This document shows positions 17,534-26,584 of a DNA stretch of 38,721 nt, piece after piece. Source of the DNA: an uncultured archaeon (GTDB lineage: Archaea; Asgardarchaeota; Lokiarchaeia; Sigyniarchaeales; SOKP01); the NCBI GenBank assembly GCA_964525635.1, contig CAZGJX010000030.1, positions 1-38,721 on the forward strand. Reading direction: 5' to 3'. The translations under genes were made by a program, and so were the position numbers. A model generated the notes under the pieces. That model was not told the DNA's origin and did no database searches. It was given only the letters and a program-made list of their open reading frames with translations. Each line of letters begins with the position of its first letter. Within the stretch, counting starts at the first letter, position 1.

Positions 17534-20134
17534 ATGAATACAAATAAAAAAAGAAAAATAGGTTTTTCAATTATTTGCACATTTTTAATAACACTTATAT
17601 TGCCTACATTACCTGTTGCACAAGTCACTAATCCTACTAATCTCAGAGAAGAAACTGTTATAAGCTCAGGTTATTGGAAAAGAGTTCAATGGGGTGGTAA
17701 TCCCTGGGATCCAAATCCTGTTTTTGGATATGCCCTAATGTTCGAACCTTTATTTGGTATGAATACTGTTGATAATGAGATAATTCCTGTTATAGGTACT
17801 TCTTATACTTGGAATGCTGATGGTAGTAAACTTATTATTTCTCTTAATCCTAATGCTAAATTCTCTAATGGTGAAAGTATAACTGCTACAGATGTAATCG
17901 CCAGTTATGAAACAGCAGCTAATCAATATAAATATAAAAGCGATTTTACGAAAATAGTCGATAGTTTTTTGATTATAGATACTAATACTATAAGAATTGA
18001 TTTAAAACCTAGTTTTAATTACAGTCGAAAAATAATAGAATTAATAACTACAGATATCCCAATTTTAGATAAGGATGTGTTAGATCTTGTTAAAGCAGAT
18101 CTATATGTGAGCGGAGAATATGATTATATGAACGGGGATTTATCTTTATGGCAACCTAACTTTTACGATCCAGCATATAATTCCGCCTATAAGGTCTATT
18201 CGGGCCCATATGAACCTTATTATTTAAATACTGATGGTACAGACGAGAGATTGAGATTAAGAGATGATTGGTGGGGATTTGGGAATATTTACCAGGACTT
18301 ACCCAATGCTCCAACTTCCTCTATTGATGGAATACCAAAATATATATCAAATCAAATATTTAATACTAATGAACTTAGAAATGAGGCATTACTTGCTGGT
18401 AATATAGATTTACACTCGACCTATTTCGAAAATGTAGTCTCTGCTTTACAAACTAATGAATACATTAATACATATTATGAAAGAAATCTTAATAAACCAT
18501 ATTTTCTTGGTCTAGGACCTGTTATTTCACTTGTACCAAATCAAATCAAATATCCATTTAATGAAAAATGGATAAGAGATGTTTTTGCTTATTCTATAAA
18601 TTATGATATCTATCCAGATTATTGTTTAGAGGGAGATTGGACTAGAGCAAGCCAAGGGTTCTTATCACCTGATAGTCCATCGCATACAAATGAATATGAT
18701 CCTGCTATCGATGCACAATATCAAATTTCTTATGATCCAACTATGGCTACAAAAATTTTGGAAAAACATTGTAAATGGAATGGTGCATATTGGTTTACAA
18801 GAACAAATCAATCTGATGGAGGAGGTACCCTTATAGGTAATTATGAAATCATTAACGTCCTAGGATGGACTGATATAAATGCAGCTACGGATTTACTAGC
18901 AAATGATTTGTATAGTATTGGTATCCCAACTGTAAGAGTTGATGTTAGTCAAGCTGATTGGGTAATACTAGTCAATGATCGAAATTTTGATTTAGCATTG
19001 CAGAACCAAGGTCCAGATTTACTTAAATCATCATTAAAAGTACTTGATGGTTTAAGAGGTGAACATTTACATAATAAAAATGCATCATCATGGCAAAACT
19101 CAAGTTATAATGATCTTTACAAACAATTTGAAGTTACAGCAAATGATCCTGTAAAAACAGCTTCTATTGTTTCTCAAATGCAAGAGATTTTAGCTAAAGA
19201 GAAACCAGAAATCCCTATTTGTAATAATGCATTTTGGTACCTTTATTCAACACAATATTGGAAAGGATGGCTGAATGTGAATAATCTTTATAATCAACAA
19301 GCAACCGTTTATACAGTCGATACAATGGCAGTAAAAGCACGATTATATCTTAATTTAAGACCATCTAATTCTCCCGATCCTACCCCAACTATACCAGTTC
19401 CACCAAATATTGATTCTCCTACAGATATTGATTATCAAATGGGAGATATAGGTAATTTAATCACATGGTCAGCAACAGATGATAATCCCACTGTTTATAA
19501 AATCACTCAAAATGGACTTTTGGTTTCCACCGGTTCTTGGAGTTCTGGGAATCCAATAACAGTAAATGTTGATGATCGTCCTTCTGGAATCTATATCTAT
19601 ACTTGTATCGTTAATGATGCTGATGATTCATCTAATTCAGATTCTGTCATTTTAACTGTGATTGGTCCACCAGTTATTATTGATAAACCTTCAGATTTTG
19701 AATATCTAGAAGGAGATACTGGTAATTTAATTACTTGGATTGCAACGGATAATAATCCAACAACTTATATAATTACTCGAAATGGTCAAACTATAGATTC
19801 CGGTTCATGGAGTAAGGGTAGTCAAATCAACATCAATGTTGATGATCTAACTGAAGGAACATACACTTTCACTTGTACAGTTTATGATGGAGATGAACAA
19901 ACAGATTCTAACTCTGTTATTGTGACTGTATATACATTTCATAATGGAGATGTAAATCACGATGGGGATGTCAATATTATTGATGCTCTTTTGACAGCTT
20001 ATTACTATGTAGCACTTGATCCTCAACCCTTTTATCCAGAAGAAGCAGATGTAAACAGAGACGGGTCCATTGATATTGTAGATGCAATGTTGATTGCTCA
20101 AGCGTATGTTGGATTGATTGATCTTCCACCATAA
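17534..20134 (+). CDS. Secreted ABC-type family-5 solute-binding protein with a Pro/Thr linker, two Ig-like repeats and a C-terminal dockerin
   Basis: Signal peptide (KKRK then hydrophobic). SBP5 motifs: MFEPLF, AKFSNGESITATDV, SGPY, YPFNEKWIR..AYSIN, MQEILAKEKPEIPI, STQYWKGW. Linker PSNSPDPTPTIP. Dockerin GDVNHDGDVNIIDAL...ADVNRDGSIDIVDAM. Confidence 0.92.
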   Translation: MNTNKKRKIGFSIICTFLITLILPTLPVAQVTNPTNLREETVISSGYWKRVQWGGNPWDPNPVFGYALMFEPLFGMNTVDNEIIPVIGTSYTWNADGSKLIISLNPNAKFSNGESITATDVIASYETAANQYKYKSDFTKIVDSFLIIDTNTIRIDLKPSFNYSRKIIELITTDIPILDKDVLDLVKADLYVSGEYDYMNGDLSLWQPNFYDPAYNSAYKVYSGPYEPYYLNTDGTDERLRLRDDWWGFGNIYQDLPNAPTSSIDGIPKYISNQIFNTNELRNEALLAGNIDLHSTYFENVVSALQTNEYINTYYERNLNKPYFLGLGPVISLVPNQIKYPFNEKWIRDVFAYSINYDIYPDYCLEGDWTRASQGFLSPDSPSHTNEYDPAIDAQYQISYDPTMATKILEKHCKWNGAYWFTRTNQSDGGGTLIGNYEIINVLGWTDINAATDLLANDLYSIGIPTVRVDVSQADWVILVNDRNFDLALQNQGPDLLKSSLKVLDGLRGEHLHNKNASSWQNSSYNDLYKQFEVTANDPVKTASIVSQMQEILAKEKPEIPICNNAFWYLYSTQYWKGWLNVNNLYNQQATVYTVDTMAVKARLYLNLRPSNSPDPTPTIPVPPNIDSPTDIDYQMGDIGNLITWSATDDNPTVYKITQNGLLVSTGSWSSGNPITVNVDDRPSGIYIYTCIVNDADDSSNSDSVILTVIGPPVIIDKPSDFEYLEGDTGNLITWIATDNNPTTYIITRNGQTIDSGSWSKGSQININVDDLTEGTYTFTCTVYDGDEQTDSNSVIVTVYTFHNGDVNHDGDVNIIDALLTAYYYVALDPQPFYPEEADVNRDGSIDIVDAMLIAQAYVGLIDLPP
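19400..19936 (+). repeat. Two tandem Ig/PKD-like repeats of about 89 aa within the SBP gene
   Basis: Repeat 1: P.D..Y..GDIGNLITWSATDDNPTVYKIT.NG...GSW. Repeat 2: GDTGNLITWIATDNNPTTYIIT.NG...GSW. Units start at about 19400 and 19667. Confidence 0.9.
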
Positions 20135-20649
20135 GATAATTGAAAAATAAGTAAAATTATCGAAAAATAGTATAATTAACAAAAAATTTTTTTTATATCT
20201 TAATTAATATTTACTCATTTTGTATTGATACTTCCATATTTAATGTAATCTTTTATTATAATTGAATTAGGAATGCCTTAATTATATTGCTTTAAAAGAA
20301 GATTATTAATATTCAATAAATATGTAAAAGAACGTAAAAACTAGAAAAATACTCATGTTTATGATGAATAATTTTATTAGATATTTTTTCATCATCTATT
20401 TATGTTTATTACTCCATTTAGTATTTTGTAATTATAATTAAAACTTCTAAATCTACGTTCTCATATTACACTAATTAGAAAATGGAAAATTAATTTGTTA
20501 TCAAGGATGTGTGTGTTTTGTATTAAAAAATATTAAAAAATCATGCTATATTTTAAGATATTTAACTTTTATTTATAGGAGATCATTTAAATTTCTTCTA
20601 TTTTAAAATATAAAAAAAAAATTTAACATTTAAGATTAATCCAAATAAA

Positions 20650-22233
20650 TTACCAAACTAAATCATTAATGACTTCTTGCGCTTTTTCTGATACTCTTTT
20701 ACCTAAAATCCTTTTTACGCGAAGATCACTAATGGCTTGCTCAAGTTGAGTATCTAGATTCTTAATTTGATCCATAAGATTTGACTTATCGCCTTCTTTC
20801 TCAACTAAATTAATAACTGGATTATATTTATTCATAAGATCTTCAAGTTTACTCCTAAATTTTTCTTTAACTTTAGTCGATACTATTTTCGAGTTATCAA
20901 CTAAAATAGGAAGGACAGGTACTCTTTTTGTTGTTCTTTTAGTGTTTGGATCTGTAAAATGAAATATAAATATAGGAATCCCAACCACAACATCTTTAGT
21001 TTTTAATTCTATTGTGTAGTTCTTAAGAAATTGTTGTACACCATTCATTTCCTGATCTTTTACATATTCTATATTGTCTAAACAAGCTTGTTTCACTCGT
21101 TTTATAGTAGTCACTATCTCTTCAGCAGATACAGTTTTACTGCTAAGATCACTATGCTTGTTTTCAATCTGCCTTTCGACATCAGCAATTTTTCTCTCTA
21201 AATCAGTAATTCTCATTTGATGCATTTTCTCTATATCTGAAATTTCTCGATCTATATTTCTGTGTAGCTGATTAATTTCATTTTGATATCTATTAATCGA
21301 ATTTCCCAATTCTGCATATCTCATATTTAATTCTTTCATTGCTTCATCAAGTAGAAAAAGCTCCTTTTTATCAACAGCATTTTTTACTCTTCCAATGGAA
21401 TTTTTAAATGAATCAATATTATTTTGAAATTCACCTGTTTTATCATTTATTTTATATTTACCCGATTTAATTAATTCTTCTGGAGTTGCATGCAAGTCTC
21501 TTTCTTTCTCTTGTTGCAATTCTTTATTTAATATGGCGAGTTGTTTTTCCTCTTCACTTGTATCGATCTTTGTATCCCTAAATTTATCAGCTTCTTGAGC
21601 TCCTTTTTTAACCCATTTTTCACACAATGAGATTATTATTTCACTATACTTATCAAGCATTTTTACATCCTTTTGCTCAATAAATTCATATATATCTTGA
21701 ACCATTTTTATCTGATTAACACTTTTAGAAATAGGATCTCCTTCTAATAAGAAATAAGAATTTGAAAAGGAACTTATATTATATTGATTTAGAAAAAAAG
21801 TTTTGAAATAATCAATATCAGCAGCAGTAAATAATGCCTCTTGAATTATTTTTCCTCTATTAAAATTAGAGGATTTACTTAGATGTCTTTTATTATAATT
21901 TTCTAACGATGTCAAAAAAGAAACTGGATCTGCCCCAGTTATTACATTATCTGGTTTTGGAGGAATTTTTTTAAATTTACCCAGATATAATGTTTCCTGT
22001 GTATTTAGAAGATAAGAGCATACGCAAGCACGAGTTTCATTTAAAGGAATCAACCGAACTGGCCAAAAACATGCTGTAATGTGATGAACTTTTCCAAGCT
22101 TTTTTAATTTAACACCATAAATATCAATCAATTCTACTAAACCCATAGCCATTTCATTTAAAAGTGTAGCTAGGGCCCTAGTAGGAATAATGTCCCCTAA
22201 ATTAATTAAATAAGGAATGACTCTATCTACCAT
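20650..22233 (-). CDS. Conserved-looking hypothetical protein with a long central coiled coil between globular termini
   Basis: 527 aa with heptad repeats at about aa 225-400. GGTGA ribosome-binding-like site upstream. No Walker A motif. Confidence 0.85.
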   Translation of the reverse strand: MVDRVIPYLINLGDIIPTRALATLLNEMAMGLVELIDIYGVKLKKLGKVHHITACFWPVRLIPLNETRACVCSYLLNTQETLYLGKFKKIPPKPDNVITGADPVSFLTSLENYNKRHLSKSSNFNRGKIIQEALFTAADIDYFKTFFLNQYNISSFSNSYFLLEGDPISKSVNQIKMVQDIYEFIEQKDVKMLDKYSEIIISLCEKWVKKGAQEADKFRDTKIDTSEEEKQLAILNKELQQEKERDLHATPEELIKSGKYKINDKTGEFQNNIDSFKNSIGRVKNAVDKKELFLLDEAMKELNMRYAELGNSINRYQNEINQLHRNIDREISDIEKMHQMRITDLERKIADVERQIENKHSDLSSKTVSAEEIVTTIKRVKQACLDNIEYVKDQEMNGVQQFLKNYTIELKTKDVVVGIPIFIFHFTDPNTKRTTKRVPVLPILVDNSKIVSTKVKEKFRSKLEDLMNKYNPVINLVEKEGDKSNLMDQIKNLDTQLEQAISDLRVKRILGKRVSEKAQEVINDLVW

Positions 22234-22360
22234 TTTTTGTTATTTCACCTTTGTTATATTATTCTTTAAAAAGGATTAATAATTAAGGTTTTCCTTTTGA
22301 GTTTTTTTGATTAACAAGCTGAATAATAATATTATAATTAATAATTTTTGTGGATATTAA

Positions 22361-22873
22361 TTATTCGGAATTTAATATTTTCAATTTGTCTTTAGGTAGA
22401 TTTGTGAAAAATTCAATTTTATTTTTCTCAATCATCTCCACGTTTAGATAAGATGGATAATAACCTGAGGATTGTAAATTGAATGGAGAGAACACTTGTA
22501 AAAGTTTTTTGGATCTACGAACAAGAAAGCTTATTAAAAGATATTGTGTGAAATCAAATTGACTTAATAATCTTATTGCTTTAAACAATTGTGATAACTT
22601 AACATTGAAAAAAGGTGGATCACATAGAATAATATCAAATTTTTCATCTATCCATACTGGTTTTTTAATATTAAATTTATGAAAACCAGAGATATTAGCA
22701 AATCTTGTATCTATATCTAAAATACTACATTTTAAATGTTGCCTTACACAAGCTTCACCAACTTTAGGTACACATAATATACAAGGATTAGTATATTGCT
22801 TTAAAAATTCAACAAGAATAGATATCGTTTGTTTGTTAAAAAAAAATTGCTCATTTTCATATATTTCATCCAT
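22361..22873 (-). CDS. Stand-alone SAM-dependent amino-methyltransferase resembling the ZCCHC4/EEF1AKMT1(Efm5) family
   Basis: Ordered motifs: EQFFF, CILCVP, ILDIDTRF, FDIILCDPPF, YxPxY, FFTNLP. Confidence 0.75.
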   Translation of the reverse strand: MDEIYENEQFFFNKQTISILVEFLKQYTNPCILCVPKVGEACVRQHLKCSILDIDTRFANISGFHKFNIKKPVWIDEKFDIILCDPPFFNVKLSQLFKAIRLLSQFDFTQYLLISFLVRRSKKLLQVFSPFNLQSSGYYPSYLNVEMIEKNKIEFFTNLPKDKLKILNSE

Positions 22874-22939
22874 TAATTGATTAAAATACCACTTAGTTTA
22901 AGAATTTAAAAAAATAAAAAAAAATAAAATTGATAGAAA

Positions 22940-25561
22940 TTAATCATTGTCTTCTTTATTTTTTATTGGTAACCCAGATGGATAGAGATTTGTTAATTTT
23001 TTAGGTTTTATAACGTATCCTTTTGTCTCCATCTTCTTATATAGCCGCTGAGTGTTATCTTCTAATGAAAACTCCATTATTTCTTGTGAAAGTAAAATAT
23101 ATGAAAAAGCAGTGAAAAATGGAGTTCCCCAAAAAATTACTATTACCATGAAAGTTCCAAATATTATCATTTCTTCTTGGAAAAATCCACTAAAATCTAC
23201 ATTTGAAAGAAATTGGAAAAAAGTTACTAAAGCAGATATTCCCGCTACTCCCTTAATCATTGATTGAGACCATACACTTATCGATTCAACATCTCCTGGT
23301 TTTCTATGTTTTTTTGATTGACGGAAGTATACTATTCCAGCATCATCCAATAAATAATTGCCAGCTATAAAAAAAGAAAATAAAATAAATGATAATATCA
23401 TTGGAAGTATACATAAAAGATTATAACCAACAATAAAATCAAAAAATTCTGTTGAACCAAACCTTGTAAATTTCATTGTATAACCAAGGATCGGAGATAA
23501 AGTATTATATGAATAGAATCCTATTGCAATTGATAGTAATAATGGTAAAATAACTCTTTGGATTTTAATTAACGTTCCAACATCTGTTCTGTTTTCCATA
23601 TCTAGTACAATAATATCATTGTGATATTTCTTTGAAATCTTGAAAAATAAATCACGCAATTTAATAAAAAAGAAAGCAAAATGAGGTGCAAAATGATTAA
23701 ATATAGCAGCTGTTAATGGTAACATTCCATACCATATAATTGAAACTGAAATAAATGCAACTGTAATATCGGTCATACTATATCCAGCAATAAGTATCTG
23801 ATTAAATATATTAATTTGTAAAAGAAATAGGAAAAATGTAATTGACATCAACATAATTGTCATAAAATTGACGAATATCACCAATTTGCTTTTTTTTATT
23901 TTTCTAAAGATTTCTTTTCGTCTTAGATTCAATTTCCTACTATTACGTATCAATAATAATATTCCAATAAAAATAAATGCTACAAATAATATAAAAAGAG
24001 GAATTCCAAATGGAAAGTCAGAAGAAAGCCATACAGCAACAGGGTTTTTAGTAGACAATATGGTAATTCTCTGCCATCCAATAATTAATAAATCCTTTTT
24101 GTTATCGTTATTAAAATCATCGATAGTCATTAAACGATTAACATCAGTATCGGTATCAATTATGACTAAATTATCATTTTTTATTACATTTTTAATGTAA
24201 AATCTTTTAATTTTATTAGGAGAGAGAAAAGGTTGGATTTCCTTAACCAAGACCAGCTCATTAATTTTATCACCATCTAGATCATCATCTAATGCGTAAA
24301 ATCTTATAGGCTGCTCTGTGATTTTTTGATACTCCCAAATGAGATCATTTGTACTTGCATCAATTTTATATACATATATCTCATTATAAACTCTTGTATT
24401 ATTATTTGAAGGGATTTCTTCATAATCGAAATTTCTAATATAAATATAAGCTTCATTAATATCCTCATCATATCCAATTTCCTTTAATTCTAGGCTTTCA
24501 GGTTCATAATTTAGTTGGAAATCAAAAGAATTTAAAAGTGTTCCGTCTATCCCTCTATATATATCAATAATGACATGTGTACCATTTTCTGTTAGAACAA
24601 AGATTTCAAAATTATCATCTGAGTCTAAATCTTTGATAATATCAAAGGACTGTATATTTGATGACATTGAAATATTATAAATTGGATCTGAATAACTTAA
24701 ATTAGCAGTATCTAAAAGAAGTATATTATTATTATCTTTAAATATTAATTGTTCCAATCCATTATGATTATACAACCTAATTTCAGGAATATCTTTTGGA
24801 TTGTTATACAAATTTTTATATTCTATCGTATTTCCAGTATATTTATTATATTTTTTTGTACCATCGATAAAATAGCTAGTTAAATTTACATTGAAAGGAA
24901 CATCAATGGTATTATTAGAGATTTCTAAACAAAAGAAATCTTCAAAGGATTCAGAGAGATCACTCAGACTAACACAATCAATAATTCCATATGTATCAAA
25001 ATTAGCATCTGTTTCGATTTTTGACCCATTATTACCACTTATAATAAAATTGTCAAATTGATCGAAATATATTAATGGTTCTTTATATGGTTTCCCATCA
25101 AACCCATATTTAATAACCCAATTTTCATCAACGGTTGCAACACTAACTAAATAATCCAATGTATTATCACTGTTTATATCTGCAATTGGGAAAACTTTCT
25201 TTACAGGCCCTTCAAATTCTTTATTCCAAATTTTAACTCCATTAATACTATTAAATGCAATAATACCTCCAAATTGAGGATTATTAGCGTGAGTTAATTC
25301 TTCTTCTTCATTTGAATCTAAAACTTCAATATCTAAATAAATAATTATATCATTAGTTCCATCTTTATCAAGATCATCAGCTGGTAAAGCAAAGACATCT
25401 ATTGGATATTGATCTTGAAAATCTGACCAAATCCAACCAGGTGTTGTTTCCATCTGAGTAATGAAAATTATACCTAGTCCTCCAAAAATGAGTAGAGAAA
25501 TAGATATAAGAACTAAATTGACAGGTTCAGATCTTATCTTTTTAAATTTTCGTAAATTCAT
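22940..25561 (-). CDS. Membrane protein with an N-terminal anchor, an extracellular FG-GAP/VCBS-type Ca-binding repeat domain and about 7 C-terminal TM helices
   Basis: Repeats: DDLDKDGTNDII, ADINSDNTLDYL, KDLDSDDNFEIF, DDLDGDKINELV, DDFNNDNKKDLL. Seven hydrophobic segments after about aa 515. Confidence 0.85.
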   Translation of the reverse strand: MNLRKFKKIRSEPVNLVLISISLLIFGGLGIIFITQMETTPGWIWSDFQDQYPIDVFALPADDLDKDGTNDIIIYLDIEVLDSNEEEELTHANNPQFGGIIAFNSINGVKIWNKEFEGPVKKVFPIADINSDNTLDYLVSVATVDENWVIKYGFDGKPYKEPLIYFDQFDNFIISGNNGSKIETDANFDTYGIIDCVSLSDLSESFEDFFCLEISNNTIDVPFNVNLTSYFIDGTKKYNKYTGNTIEYKNLYNNPKDIPEIRLYNHNGLEQLIFKDNNNILLLDTANLSYSDPIYNISMSSNIQSFDIIKDLDSDDNFEIFVLTENGTHVIIDIYRGIDGTLLNSFDFQLNYEPESLELKEIGYDEDINEAYIYIRNFDYEEIPSNNNTRVYNEIYVYKIDASTNDLIWEYQKITEQPIRFYALDDDLDGDKINELVLVKEIQPFLSPNKIKRFYIKNVIKNDNLVIIDTDTDVNRLMTIDDFNNDNKKDLLIIGWQRITILSTKNPVAVWLSSDFPFGIPLFILFVAFIFIGILLLIRNSRKLNLRRKEIFRKIKKSKLVIFVNFMTIMLMSITFFLFLLQINIFNQILIAGYSMTDITVAFISVSIIWYGMLPLTAAIFNHFAPHFAFFFIKLRDLFFKISKKYHNDIIVLDMENRTDVGTLIKIQRVILPLLLSIAIGFYSYNTLSPILGYTMKFTRFGSTEFFDFIVGYNLLCILPMILSFILFSFFIAGNYLLDDAGIVYFRQSKKHRKPGDVESISVWSQSMIKGVAGISALVTFFQFLSNVDFSGFFQEEMIIFGTFMVIVIFWGTPFFTAFSYILLSQEIMEFSLEDNTQRLYKKMETKGYVIKPKKLTNLYPSGLPIKNKEDND

Positions 25562-25859
25562 AATTAAAAATATAGTCTATTAATCTTATTTAATTCTAAG
25601 CACTTACAACTCAAATATAAAAACTTTTAATGTTTTTAATTTTTATAAAAAGTTATAAGGTTTAAATTAAATTATTTGTAATTATCAAAAGAAATAGTAT
25701 CAATTCTTATTTGAATATTTTAATTTAATACTTTATACTGAAAAAAATATAAATAAATCTAAAAGTAAAATATAATTTCATTAATTGAAATATTTTTTCT
25801 CTTTAATTAAGGAATATTTAATTTTAAATAAAAAAGGAAACTAATTGAGGTATTTGAGT

Positions 25860-26396
25860 ATGCACAATGATCACATTGATTATATGTATAAGGTAATATT
25901 AACAGGACCCGGTGCAGTAGGTAAAACTAGTTTACTTCATAGATTTATAACAAATACTTTTCAAACTAATTATAAAATCACAATTGGTGTAGATTTTATG
26001 AGTAAGACTATTGAAATTCACCCAAATAAAAAAGCTAAGATGACAATTTGGGATATCGGAGGACAGGATAGGTTTAAATTTCTCAGACAAAGCTTTTATG
26101 ATGGCGCTCATGGAGCTCTATTAGTATTCGATCTTACAAGAGCTGCAACTTTTTATGAAATGAAAACATGGCTAGGAGAACTCCATCAATCTCTTGGAAT
26201 AAATACTCCATTCATATTAATTGGAAATAAAATGGATTTAATTAGGGACATAGGAGAATGTATAGACTCAAATATAGCAAGGGATTTTGCTCAACGATAT
26301 AATAGTGTTTATATTGAAACATCTGCGAAAACAGGTATTCATGTGGAAAATGCTTTTCTAAGGTTGACTCATATGATGTTGAATAGAAATTTTTGA
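25860..26396 (+). CDS. Rab-like small GTPase (Ras superfamily)
   Basis: G1 GPGAVGKT, G2/RabF1-like TIGVDF, G3 IWDIGGQDRF, FYDGA.GALLVFDLT, G4 GNKMD, G5 ETSAK. No C-terminal Cys motif. ATG at 25860 (GAGGT upstream) preferred over TTG at 25845. Confidence 0.95.
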   Translation: MHNDHIDYMYKVILTGPGAVGKTSLLHRFITNTFQTNYKITIGVDFMSKTIEIHPNKKAKMTIWDIGGQDRFKFLRQSFYDGAHGALLVFDLTRAATFYEMKTWLGELHQSLGINTPFILIGNKMDLIRDIGECIDSNIARDFAQRYNSVYIETSAKTGIHVENAFLRLTHMMLNRNF

Positions 26397-26584
26397 AGAA
26401 CATCCATATAAAGTTAAAACGTCGTAAATAAAAACTATTAATTTTGAAAAGTATTCTTTATTGACAATTTTACCATAAAAATATATATTTAATAAATATA
26501 TTCGGTTAATTAAAAGTATATAAAATTTTTTTGTTATATTTTAGTTTCATTTCTAATAAAATAACAGAGAATTAAGGAAGAATC

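Noticed and set aside
16572-20182. ORFs 16572..16754 (+) and 19847..20182 (-)
   Set aside because: They overlap the CBS gene and the dockerin region on the opposite strand, with no independent coding signal.
20650-22233. SMC/Rad50 or ESCRT/Cdv assignment for the coiled-coil protein (also considered for 12007..12423)
   Set aside because: No Walker A/B or signature motif, and no recognisable Snf7, PRC-barrel or MIM features.
22940-24016. True GPCR or rhodopsin call for the 7-TM region
   Set aside because: No retinal-binding Lys motif or GPCR motifs, and the stand-alone homolog has about 6 TM, so the count of seven is probably 1+6.
23052-24200. ORFs 23052..23267 and 23868..24200 (+)
   Set aside because: Antisense to hydrophobic segments of the 873-aa gene.
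25860-26396. Assignment to a specific eukaryotic Rab subfamily
   Set aside because: It lacks the hypervariable tail and prenylation cysteines. Rab-like GTPases are already well known and numerous in Asgard archaea, so it is not novel on its own.
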